Part shown: positions 28,039 to 36,800 of the stretch, piece by piece
How positions within the stretch are numbered: the first letter of the stretch is position 1
Layout of the letters: every line of letters begins with the position of its first letter
Assembly: GCA_905205665.1 (NCBI GenBank)
Contig: CAJLEF010000004.1
Span: 15,582 to 79,581 of the forward strand
Length of the DNA: 64,000 nt
From: an uncultured Bacillota bacterium
GTDB lineage: Bacteria > Bacillota_I > Bacilli_A > RF39 > UBA660
Direction of reading: 5' to 3'
Translations under genes and position numbers: made by a program
The notes under the pieces: generated by a model
What the model saw: the letters and a program-made list of their open reading frames with translations, nothing else
What the model was told of the DNA's origin: nothing
Databases searched by the model: none

Positions 28039-29670
28039 ATGAAATTAAGATATAAGATAAGCTTGGTGGTAGTAGCTTTTTTAATCATAGCGAGTTTGTT
28101 TTTAGTTCAAAGTTATGCTTTATGGTTAACAACATATGAAGGACAAGAAAACATTTTAAGTGTTGGTTGTTTTGATGTTGCCTTAGAAGAACTTTCAAAA
28201 CCAATTTCTTTAAATAATACTTATCCAATGAGTGATCAAAAAGGGTTAACCCAAACACCATATAAATTTACAATAAAAAACACTTGTAATACTTCAGCAG
28301 ATTATGTTATTACTTTAAACACTTTAAAAACCGCAACTATAGATAAAAGTAAGATTAAATTTGCTTTTACAACCGGAACTAATGTTCCAACCAGTGGTGT
28401 AAACTTAGGAACTTATGCTTCCGTAGCCTCTAATATAAATACTGATTTAGCTTATTTACAAACTGCTAATATTTTAGGAGATACTTTAAATGAATCTATT
28501 ATCCTTCAAAAAGGCACTTTAAAAAATGAAAATGATACCGCAACCTTTAACCTTTATTTATGGATAGATGAAACTGCAGGAAATGAAGTACAAGGTCAAA
28601 AGTTTTTAGCCAGTGTTAATGTACTTGCTAATGCAACTACAGTAGAACCAACAGCAACTGAAACAATTACAACATTAGTAAGTGGGGCAGACACTTCATC
28701 AACAGATGTCTATACGGTTCCAGATAAAACAAGTGATAGTTGTACTTATACTTTAGCCTATGATGGCACAAGTGATAACAATTTAAGATATGTTGGGGCA
28801 AATCCTTGCAACTATGTCAAAATAGATGATGAATACTGGCGTATTATAGGTCTTATGAATAATATAGATGATGGCACAGGAAAAAAAGAAACAAGAATAA
28901 AATTGATAAGAAATGAGTCAATAGGAGAATATTCATGGGATATTTCAGAGTCATCAGAAAATCATAGTTATGGTGTCAATGAATGGAGCCAGGCTGACCT
29001 AATGAAACTTTTAAATCCAGGCTATGAAAGTGAAAGTGTTGGTGGTTCGTTATACTACAATGGTAAATCTGGCTATTGTTACAATCTTTCAATTTATGAT
29101 TTAGCCTCTTGCAATTTTACAAGTAGTGGCTTAAAAGGAACTTTAAAAGCATTGATTGACGATGTTGTATGGAACACGGGAACAAATGGTACAAATTCTT
29201 GGAAATCCGCAAGTAATGGATTAGCAAGTCATTTTTATAGTTACGAAAGAAGTAGCAATAATGGAAAAATATGTACGTCCGGCAATAGTTGTAATGATAC
29301 AGTAGAAAGAACAACGACATGGAAAGGTAAAATTGGTTTAATGTATCCAAGCGATTACGGTTATGCCACGAGTGGCGGAAGTACAAGCACCCGCACAAGT
29401 TGCTTAAATAAAGAGCTATATAACTGGGCCAGTGCAAGTGATTGTAAAAATAATGATTGGCTTTATAATTCAAGCAATAAGCAATGGACAATTTCTCCGG
29501 CCGCGGACTCTTCGTATGCTATCGTTGCGTTCGATGTCTACACTGCCGGCAATGTCCAAGGCGACGATGTGCACTATGCTGGTGTGGTCCGGCCTTCGGT
29601 ATATCTGATACCCTCTACGTCGATTTTAGGCGGTGAAGGAACACCTGAAAATCCATACGAAATTGGGTAG
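28039..29670 (+). CDS. Secreted/surface protein with a C-terminal DUF1566/DUF6273-like (lectin-fold-like) end
   Basis: N-terminal hydrophobic signal followed by SYALW...N....G.F.V, which resembles SipW/TasA-class signal regions. The Thr/Ser/Asn-rich body has EYWRIIG, and the C-terminal QWTISP...GVVRPSVYL pattern is seen in DUF6273/DUF1566-type domains. Confidence 0.55.
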   Translation: MKLRYKISLVVVAFLIIASLFLVQSYALWLTTYEGQENILSVGCFDVALEELSKPISLNNTYPMSDQKGLTQTPYKFTIKNTCNTSADYVITLNTLKTATIDKSKIKFAFTTGTNVPTSGVNLGTYASVASNINTDLAYLQTANILGDTLNESIILQKGTLKNENDTATFNLYLWIDETAGNEVQGQKFLASVNVLANATTVEPTATETITTLVSGADTSSTDVYTVPDKTSDSCTYTLAYDGTSDNNLRYVGANPCNYVKIDDEYWRIIGLMNNIDDGTGKKETRIKLIRNESIGEYSWDISESSENHSYGVNEWSQADLMKLLNPGYESESVGGSLYYNGKSGYCYNLSIYDLASCNFTSSGLKGTLKALIDDVVWNTGTNGTNSWKSASNGLASHFYSYERSSNNGKICTSGNSCNDTVERTTTWKGKIGLMYPSDYGYATSGGSTSTRTSCLNKELYNWASASDCKNNDWLYNSSNKQWTISPAADSSYAIVAFDVYTAGNVQGDDVHYAGVVRPSVYLIPSTSILGGEGTPENPYEIG

Positions 29671-29671
29671 C

Positions 29672-29900
29672 GTGAATGATGGAGGCTCGCCGCTCTCGGT
29701 TTATGACCAGCCGAGCCCGATGAAAGAAAAGAACAATTAGGAAGACTTCAGCCGTAAGATAAAGCTTCAGTTCAAGTCCAAACTTCTTAAACAAAGAGAA
29801 GTTTGGACAAAGTCTTTGTGATAGTAAATGAGTCGTATTAATAGATATAAGGACGGTGTAGAATGTGGTGTGTAAATTCTTAAATGAATTGCATGCCATA
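29672..29900 (+). other. Structured noncoding segment, possibly a 5' fragment of group II intron domain I
   Basis: It starts at GTGAATGATGG two nt after the stop codon. It has a 12-bp perfect hairpin at 29776-29808. TGAGTCGTATTAATAGATATAAGG (29829-29852) resembles the TGAGTCGCAATGTTAATCAGATATAAGG stretch of Ll.LtrB domain I as I remember it, at a similar distance from the 5' end. No intron ORF or domains V/VI follow. Confidence 0.3.
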
Positions 29901-30012
29901 TTTTTTTATGGCTTAAAAATCCGTGAATAGTAACTAAGCAATTTAAAATATCTCTTTTATTTGATGATTAGATAGTTTTATGTTATTTTTATTATGAAAG
30001 ATGGTGCTATGA

Positions 30013-31395
30013 ATGAATATTAATTTAAATGATTTAGGAATGTTATTAGAAGATTTTGACAGTGATGAGTTTAAAGATAAGGTTACAAAAGAATTTTTGA
30101 CAGTAAAAAAGCCTGAAGGAACTTTTAAGGATATGTTTGATTGTTTAACAAAAGATAATCAAAATGATTTATTTAGTAATTATTGTTTAAGAGGTAATAA
30201 TAAAACTGTTAAAAGTTTAACAGAAAAAGTTTTAGAAAAGGCTCGTGAGTGTTTTCTAGAAATGAGTTCTAATCAATTATATATATTTAATGAAATAGAG
30301 GAAAAAGGTTATTCTGATAAATTAGAGTTAAATATTTTAAATCAAGGCATTATATTTGTTTATGAAGAAAATGGTTTAAAAGTAACTGCCCCTACGGAGA
30401 TTATAAAACTGTTTAAAAAAGATGTTTCTTTAAAGAAGAAAAAAGAGATTGAAAAAAATAGTATAGAAGAGATTATTACTTTATTAAGTTTAGTTTATGG
30501 TTTTCTTTCTTTAGATATTTTAAAATATTATTTAGATGATTTTTACTGTATTAAAATATCTGAAAAGAATCTTATTAAATTTATAAAAGAAAATTATGGG
30601 AAAGAATATTTGTTAGAATATAACAATAAAGAATATTATGTTGATTCTTCTTTAGAAAGACCTGATGATTTATCTTTTTTAAAAGATTTAAATCCTGTTA
30701 TTTTAACTTTAGGTAAATTAGAAAGTTATTATATAAAATTGATAAACTTTTTTTCTTCTCTTAGTATGGTATCACCTAAAATAGGGGAAGTATCTACAAT
30801 GTCTTTAATGTTTAAATTATTACTTAAACCTGATTCTATAAATACATTAACTGATGATTTAACTAAAGAGTTTAAGTTAACGAAAAAGGAAAACAAAAAA
30901 TTAGTAGAAGTATTAAACTTATTTTATAAAGAGTTAAGATATTTTTCTTTAGGGGGTAGAACGGAAGATGAAGCCTTTGCTTTAAATTTTGTTTTAAAAG
31001 AAAAGCCTATTAAAGATACTTTAGATTCTTATTTACAAGGTTTACCTAAAGATGTTTATGAAAAGTTATTATATTTTAATGGTGTTAAAGATTTAGATAA
31101 ATTAAAAGATGAAATCGAAGATTCTTTTAAAGAAGCTATTTATGAATATTTTTATAATTATTCTGATGTTTTAATTGCTTTAAAGAAAAAAGATAAAAAG
31201 TATAAAAGTGATATTAATTTACAATTACTTTTAAATGGTTATCTTTATCTTTATGAAAAAGATAAAGAATTATATATAGGTATTCCAAAAGAAATTGAAA
31301 ATATTATGAAAAAAATTGAACCAGATGATATGAGATGGCGAAAATTAAAAAGTTTTGATATTTTAGATGATAATGATTGGTTATCTTTTAATTAG
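30013..31395 (+). CDS. Hypothetical protein (460 aa), Lys/Glu/Leu-rich
   Basis: Long uninterrupted ORF with no recognisable catalytic motif. Confidence 0.5.
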   Translation: MNINLNDLGMLLEDFDSDEFKDKVTKEFLTVKKPEGTFKDMFDCLTKDNQNDLFSNYCLRGNNKTVKSLTEKVLEKARECFLEMSSNQLYIFNEIEEKGYSDKLELNILNQGIIFVYEENGLKVTAPTEIIKLFKKDVSLKKKKEIEKNSIEEIITLLSLVYGFLSLDILKYYLDDFYCIKISEKNLIKFIKENYGKEYLLEYNNKEYYVDSSLERPDDLSFLKDLNPVILTLGKLESYYIKLINFFSSLSMVSPKIGEVSTMSLMFKLLLKPDSINTLTDDLTKEFKLTKKENKKLVEVLNLFYKELRYFSLGGRTEDEAFALNFVLKEKPIKDTLDSYLQGLPKDVYEKLLYFNGVKDLDKLKDEIEDSFKEAIYEYFYNYSDVLIALKKKDKKYKSDINLQLLLNGYLYLYEKDKELYIGIPKEIENIMKKIEPDDMRWRKLKSFDILDDNDWLSFN

Positions 31396-31558
31396 TTGTT
31401 TAGATGGACTTTTAATAAGTTCATTTTTTTTGGATGTCATTATGATATTTATATGGTACAATATTATTACAGTTTTGGATTTATATCTTGTCAATAAATA
31501 AGAATATATGATATGATGTTTTCGGCTTAAAAACGTGTATGTAGTAAGGTGTGGTAGA

Positions 31559-32239
31559 ATGAATAATCAAGCAGATACGATAGATTTAAATAGAGATAAA
31601 ACACTAACTTCTTCTTTAAATAGAACCATGTATTTTTTTGTTAAAAGATTATTTGATGTTTTAATGGCTATTATAGGAATTATTGCTATGATTCCAATAG
31701 CGTTAATTGTTAAAGTTTCTTATATGTTAACGGGTGATTTTGACAGTATTTTTTATAAACAAAAAAGAATAGGTAAAAATGGAAAAATTATTTATATTTA
31801 TAAATTTAGAAGTATGATTCCTAATGCTGATGAAGTATTAAAAGAATTATTGAAAAAGCCAAAATATAAAAAAGAGTGGCAAAAGAATCAAAAACTTGAA
31901 AATGATCCTAGAATTACTAAAGCTGGAAAGATATTGCGTAAAACTTCACTCGATGAAATGCCCCAATTCATTGCGGTTTTTAAAGGTGATATGTCTTTAA
32001 TCGGACCAAGACCACTTGTAGAAGGTGAACTTGATGCTCATAATGGTAATCACCAAATATATGAAGCAGTAAAACCTGGTATAACTGGTTGGTGGGCAAG
32101 TCATGGCCGTTCAGATACAACATATGAAGAGCGACTAGAACTTGAGTATTTTTACGTAAATAATTGCTCATTAAAATTGGATATAAAATGTATTATTGCA
32201 ACTATTATGGCTGTTATTTTTAAAAAGGGTGCAAAATAA
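31559..32239 (+). CDS. Undecaprenyl-phosphate sugar phosphotransferase (bacterial sugar transferase, EpsL/WbaP C-terminal type)
   Basis: One TM helix, then KQKRIGKNGK.IYIYKFRSM, DPRITK.G..LRKTSLDEMPQF and GDMSLIGPRP. AAGGTG Shine-Dalgarno precedes the ATG at 31559. Confidence 0.85.
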   Translation: MNNQADTIDLNRDKTLTSSLNRTMYFFVKRLFDVLMAIIGIIAMIPIALIVKVSYMLTGDFDSIFYKQKRIGKNGKIIYIYKFRSMIPNADEVLKELLKKPKYKKEWQKNQKLENDPRITKAGKILRKTSLDEMPQFIAVFKGDMSLIGPRPLVEGELDAHNGNHQIYEAVKPGITGWWASHGRSDTTYEERLELEYFYVNNCSLKLDIKCIIATIMAVIFKKGAK

Positions 32240-32286
32240 AGCATTTTCAATCATTGTAGTACTGATTTTTTAGGGAAGGTGATGTT

Positions 32287-33393
32287 ATGGATAATAAACC
32301 AATAAGAGTTGCTCAGATTATTGGCAAGTGGCTTGGCGGTGGAGTAGAATCTGTTGTTATGAATTATTATAGACATATTGATAGAAGTAAAATACAATTT
32401 AATTTTATATGTGATGAAGATTCTACAAATATTCCTTATGAAGAGATAGAAAAATTAGGTGGTAAAGTTATACTAATACCACCTTATCAAAAAATATTTA
32501 AATATCATAAAAAGTTAAAGAAAATTTTAAAAGAAGGAAATTATAAAATAGTTCATTCTCATATTAACACGTTATCAGTTTTTAGTTTATTTGCGGCAAA
32601 GTGTGCTGGAGTTCCAGTAAGAATAGCCCATAGTCATAGTACAACTAACAAAAAAGAGAAAAAGAAAAATTTGGTGAAACAAATATTAAGACCATTTAGC
32701 AAAGTATTTGCAACAGATTATATGGCATGTACTGAACATGCTGGTAGATGGTTATTTGGCAATAAAGAATATGACAATGGTAATGTTTATCTTTTAAACA
32801 ATGCTATTGATTTAGATAAATTTAAATATGATGAAAAATTAAGAAAAGAAAAAAGAAAAGAATTAAACATTAAAGAAGATACATTAGTTATTGGTCATGT
32901 AGGAAGATTTGTTGAACAGAAAAATCATAGATTTTTAATTGATATATTTAATGAGGTACATAAGCAAAATAAAAATTCTGTTTTATTATTAATAGGTCAA
33001 GGACCTTTAATGGATGAAATGAAACAAAAAGTTGATTCACTTGGTATATCAGACTCAGTAAAATTTTTAGGCCAAAGAAAAGATGTTTCTGAATTGTATA
33101 ATGCAATGGATTTATTTTTATTTCCATCTTTATATGAAGGATTAGGTATGGTACTAATTGAAGCACAAGCAAATGGATTACCATGTATAGCTTCAACAGA
33201 AGTACCTAAAATTGCTGATATATCTAATAATGTTCAATTTTATAATTTGAATGATTCAATCGATATATGGTTGAAAAATTCTGACATCAAAAGATTTAAA
33301 TTTATACGAAAAAATTGTATTTACGATATAAAAAAAGAGGCTGAAAAACTAGAAAAATATTATGCGAAAATAGGGAGGTGTAAAAGGCTATGA
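32287..33393 (+). CDS. GT4-family glycosyltransferase
   Basis: GHVGRFVEQKNH and the EX7E region PSLYEGLGMVLIEAQANGLP. Confidence 0.8.
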   Translation: MDNKPIRVAQIIGKWLGGGVESVVMNYYRHIDRSKIQFNFICDEDSTNIPYEEIEKLGGKVILIPPYQKIFKYHKKLKKILKEGNYKIVHSHINTLSVFSLFAAKCAGVPVRIAHSHSTTNKKEKKKNLVKQILRPFSKVFATDYMACTEHAGRWLFGNKEYDNGNVYLLNNAIDLDKFKYDEKLRKEKRKELNIKEDTLVIGHVGRFVEQKNHRFLIDIFNEVHKQNKNSVLLLIGQGPLMDEMKQKVDSLGISDSVKFLGQRKDVSELYNAMDLFLFPSLYEGLGMVLIEAQANGLPCIASTEVPKIADISNNVQFYNLNDSIDIWLKNSDIKRFKFIRKNCIYDIKKEAEKLEKYYAKIGRCKRL

Positions 33394-34490
33394 AAAATAT
33401 ATGCTTGTATAGTGAAAAATGGACTAGTGGTGGAATTGAATCATTTTTAGTGAATTTAGTTGAGTTATTATCAAAAAAATATAAGTTTACTATAGTTACA
33501 TCTCAAAAAGAAACAGATATTTACGACGAAAGATTAAAAAATAATAATTGTAAAGTAATTACAATGAATAAATCTGTTATTAGAAATCCAATCAAGAGAA
33601 CTTTATTTTCTATAATAAATTTTAAAAAAACAATAAAAAATGGTAATTATGATATAGTCCATATTAATATGTATAACAGTATGGGATTATTTTATGCTTA
33701 TTTGATAAAAAAATTAGATTTAAAAATTATATGTCATGCACATAATACAGGAATAGACAATGATAAATTTTATTTGAAGAGACTAGTTAATTTTTTGGTA
33801 AAGAAATTATTTACCAAAAAAAATTATATATATTTAGCTTGTTCCCATGATGCAGCAGCCTTTTGTTTCAAAGAAAAGTTGCAAAAATTAAAAATTATTA
33901 ATAATGGCATTGAAACAGAAAAGTTTATATTTAATTTGAATAAAAGGAAAAAAATTAGAAAAGAACTCAATATTGCAGAAAATGATATTGTTGTGGGTCA
34001 CGTAGGAAGATTTGTTTTACAAAAGAACCACGTATTTTTAGTTGATATTTTTAAAGAATTTTTGAAAATGGAACCCAATTCTAAATTAATACTAATAGGT
34101 ACTGGTGAAACAAAAGACGATATAATGAAAAAACTTTCAGAATTAAAAATTGAAAAAAATACGATTATTTTAGAAAATGTAAAAAATGTTAATGAATATC
34201 TGCAAGCATTTGATTTATTTTTATTTCCATCATTGTATGAAGGACTTGGAATTGTTTTGATTGAAGCACAGGCTGCTGGCTTGAAGTGCTTTGCATCAGA
34301 TACAGTTCCTAAAGATGCGAAAATAAGTGAAAATTTAATTTTTGTTAGTCTTTCTTCTTCGGCAAAACAATGGGCTAATATTATGAAGGATAATCTTGAT
34401 TATAAACGATTGAATATGTTAAATATAGTTAAAAGTAACAACTTTGATAGAAATTCAATCATGAAAAATATGGAGGAAATATATGAATGA
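33390..34490 (+). CDS. GT4-family glycosyltransferase (paralog of the preceding gene)
   Basis: GHVGRFVLQKNH and PSLYEGLGIVLIEAQAAGL; ATGA start/stop overlap. Confidence 0.8.
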   Translation: MKNICLYSEKWTSGGIESFLVNLVELLSKKYKFTIVTSQKETDIYDERLKNNNCKVITMNKSVIRNPIKRTLFSIINFKKTIKNGNYDIVHINMYNSMGLFYAYLIKKLDLKIICHAHNTGIDNDKFYLKRLVNFLVKKLFTKKNYIYLACSHDAAAFCFKEKLQKLKIINNGIETEKFIFNLNKRKKIRKELNIAENDIVVGHVGRFVLQKNHVFLVDIFKEFLKMEPNSKLILIGTGETKDDIMKKLSELKIEKNTIILENVKNVNEYLQAFDLFLFPSLYEGLGIVLIEAQAAGLKCFASDTVPKDAKISENLIFVSLSSSAKQWANIMKDNLDYKRLNMLNIVKSNNFDRNSIMKNMEEIYE

Positions 34491-35484
34491 TAATTTGATT
34501 TCAATTATTATACCGGTTTATAATGTTGAAAAATACCTGAAAAAATGTATAAATAGTGTTATAAGCCAATCATATAAAAATATAGAAATATTATTAGTTG
34601 ACGATGGCTCCACAGACAAAAGTGGAACTATTTTAGATGAATATGCAAAAAAAGATGCTAGAATTAAGGTATATCATAAGAAAAATGAGGGATTATCTTC
34701 TGCACGAAATTATGGCCTAAAAAAATGTAAAGGAATGTATGTATGTTTTGTCGATAGTGACGACTTTGTTTCAAAATATATGTTTGAAAATTTATTAAAC
34801 AATTTATTAGAAACAAAATCTGATATTTCAATTTGTGGAATTAAGTGTTTCTACGATGGTGACACAATCAGTGAAAAATTCACTCATGAATATTTTGTGT
34901 ACAATAATAAAGAAGCCTTGCTTAAAATGATAGATTATAAATCTGGAGTATCACCAAATGCTGTCAATAAAATGTATAAAAGAACATTATTTACTAATGA
35001 TTGCTTATACCCTATTGGAAAACTATATGAAGATATGGGAGTGACTGCAAGGCTATTTAATAAATGCAATAGAATTGTTTATACACCAGATTGCTATTAT
35101 TATTATTTGCAACGGAGAGATTCAATTACAAATCAATTATTTAAGGAGAAAGATTTAGATCATATATATATGAGTAAGCTTCTGTATAATTTTATTTGTG
35201 AAAATGTTAAATCAATAAAGAATGAATACTATGTTTATCATATTCTTAATGAAATTTCATGCTGTAACAAAATATTTGTTTCAAAGCAAAAATGTTATAA
35301 AAATGTTATAGACCAAACAAAACATGATATTAAACATAATCTTAAATTAATTTTAATTTCGAAAATTTATAGTTTTCGAAAAAAAATGCAAATTATTTGT
35401 ATGGGATATTTTCCAAATGTTTACCAAAAAATATATCTAATAAATTATAATAAAAAAAAGGAAAAGACAAATGAAAAAAAATGA
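34483..35484 (+). CDS. Family 2 glycosyltransferase
   Basis: IIIPVYNVEKYL...VDDGSTD...VDSDD motifs. Confidence 0.8.
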   Translation: MNDNLISIIIPVYNVEKYLKKCINSVISQSYKNIEILLVDDGSTDKSGTILDEYAKKDARIKVYHKKNEGLSSARNYGLKKCKGMYVCFVDSDDFVSKYMFENLLNNLLETKSDISICGIKCFYDGDTISEKFTHEYFVYNNKEALLKMIDYKSGVSPNAVNKMYKRTLFTNDCLYPIGKLYEDMGVTARLFNKCNRIVYTPDCYYYYLQRRDSITNQLFKEKDLDHIYMSKLLYNFICENVKSIKNEYYVYHILNEISCCNKIFVSKQKCYKNVIDQTKHDIKHNLKLILISKIYSFRKKMQIICMGYFPNVYQKIYLINYNKKKEKTNEKK

Positions 35485-36799
35485 AATGTTTATAAATTTT
35501 ATGTCGATTTTTGGCAGTTTATTGATAGTTTTACTTAATAATGTTGTAGATTATAATATTAAAATGAGATTACTTTTATTTTTTTTATATTTTTGCTTTA
35601 TAATAATTGTTTCTGTTGTAAGAATGAAAGAAATAAAAAATTGCTTTTTTAATATTAATTTTATTTATGGTTGTGTTTTCTTTGCTTATTCATTTATTGG
35701 ACCATTAATTTTTGTTCTGGATAATTATTCACCAAGATATTATTACTTCAATTATAATACCATGACAATGAATCAAGCATTAAAAATATATATAAATATA
35801 TACAGCATTTTTAATATACTTTCATTTGCTTTTAATAAAATTAAAGTTGTTGATATAAAAACTAGAGTTGAGAATTTGAAAATTAAAACTTTGAATTTAA
35901 ATAATACCCTGACAATTTATGATTTTATTGCATTATTTTCGACATTATATTGCTTAGTTAAACTGATTTTATGTGGAACATCATTTTTTAGTTTATCAAC
36001 TTTGCAAAAAAGAGATGTTTTGAATAGTGGTATAAGTCATTATATAAATTTATATGTAATTGTGTATTCATTATTTTTGGTATTACCTTTCTTATTTAAA
36101 AACCAAAAAAAGAATTTTGCATTCTATACTAGGATAGTTAATATTGCAGTTTATTGGTGTATTTTCTTGACATGTGAAAGAAGTGTTTTTGTAGCATTTC
36201 TTATAGGTTTTATAATGCTTTTTGCAACTAAAGTGAATAAAATCAAACTTAAACATATTTTGATTATTTCTTTTCTTTTTATAATGTTTTTATATACTGC
36301 AGCAATTAGGGAAGATATTTCTTTTTCTAATCATACAATTAACGATGTATTATATAGTTCAACTACAGAATATTATTGTACATTTACAATTACAAATGCT
36401 TTATTGAATTATAATGAAAAATTAAATTATGGTAAAACCTATTATTATGATTCTTTTACGAAATTATTTCCGTCATTCATTTTAAAAAATAAGCCGAAAG
36501 ATTTGTCACAGCAATTTAAAGAAAAGAATAATTTGAATGTTGGTTTTGCATTTAATCCGGTTGCAGAAGGAATTATTAATTTTGGCATTTTGGGAGCAAC
36601 GATTTTTGTACCAATACTTATGTTTGTGATAACATTAATTGCAGAAAAGTTTGGAAAAAAGAACATATTATATTATATAATTGTTGCATGTTATTCCTTA
36701 TATTATTGTCGTGGGGCATTCTCTAATTTCTTTTTTGATATTCTTTTTTGCTATACAACAATCTTTTGTATTTATAAAATAAAATTATTTAGGAGGTAA
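35471..36799 (+). CDS. Polytopic membrane protein, probable Wzy-type repeat-unit polymerase
   Basis: About 10 predicted TM segments with very hydrophobic, low-complexity sequence, positioned inside a Wzx/Wzy-type locus. Confidence 0.5.
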   Translation: MKKNEMFINFMSIFGSLLIVLLNNVVDYNIKMRLLLFFLYFCFIIIVSVVRMKEIKNCFFNINFIYGCVFFAYSFIGPLIFVLDNYSPRYYYFNYNTMTMNQALKIYINIYSIFNILSFAFNKIKVVDIKTRVENLKIKTLNLNNTLTIYDFIALFSTLYCLVKLILCGTSFFSLSTLQKRDVLNSGISHYINLYVIVYSLFLVLPFLFKNQKKNFAFYTRIVNIAVYWCIFLTCERSVFVAFLIGFIMLFATKVNKIKLKHILIISFLFIMFLYTAAIREDISFSNHTINDVLYSSTTEYYCTFTITNALLNYNEKLNYGKTYYYDSFTKLFPSFILKNKPKDLSQQFKEKNNLNVGFAFNPVAEGIINFGILGATIFVPILMFVITLIAEKFGKKNILYYIIVACYSLYYCRGAFSNFFFDILFCYTTIFCIYKIKLFRR

Positions 36800-36800
36800 A

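Noticed and set aside
29117-29491. Antisense or alternate-frame ORFs nested inside long genes. This one stands for the group: 99-329, 2558-2782, 4701-4919, 5559-5858, 8049-8318, 12285-12497, 13223-13414, 19860-20045, 21360-21572, 26508-26729, 29615-29899, 31980-32171, 32948-33196, 36445-36666, 38448-38750, 41963-42145, 44739-44939, 46522-46746, 48588-48782, 56611-56835, 58345-58548, 59373-59573 and 63699-63887.
   Set aside because: All lie within or against well-supported genes or repeats. They have low-complexity or atypical composition and no ribosome-binding sites. Open frames of this kind are expected in AT-rich DNA.
29911-29936. Motif GGCTTAAAAA..CGTG.AT..TAGTAA shared with 31524-31548, upstream of both the 460-aa ORF and the glycan operon (possible antitermination or regulatory element)
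   Set aside because: Only a 10-mer is exact, and the remainder needs gaps to align. A match like this could arise by chance in 64 kb of AT-rich DNA. It is worth revisiting only if it is conserved in relatives.
30013-31395. Reverse transcriptase candidate (a YLDD tetrapeptide) that could have partnered the GC-rich patch or intron-like relic
   Set aside because: Only the isolated tetrapeptide is present. None of the other RT motifs (1-7) or maturase/thumb features are recognisable.
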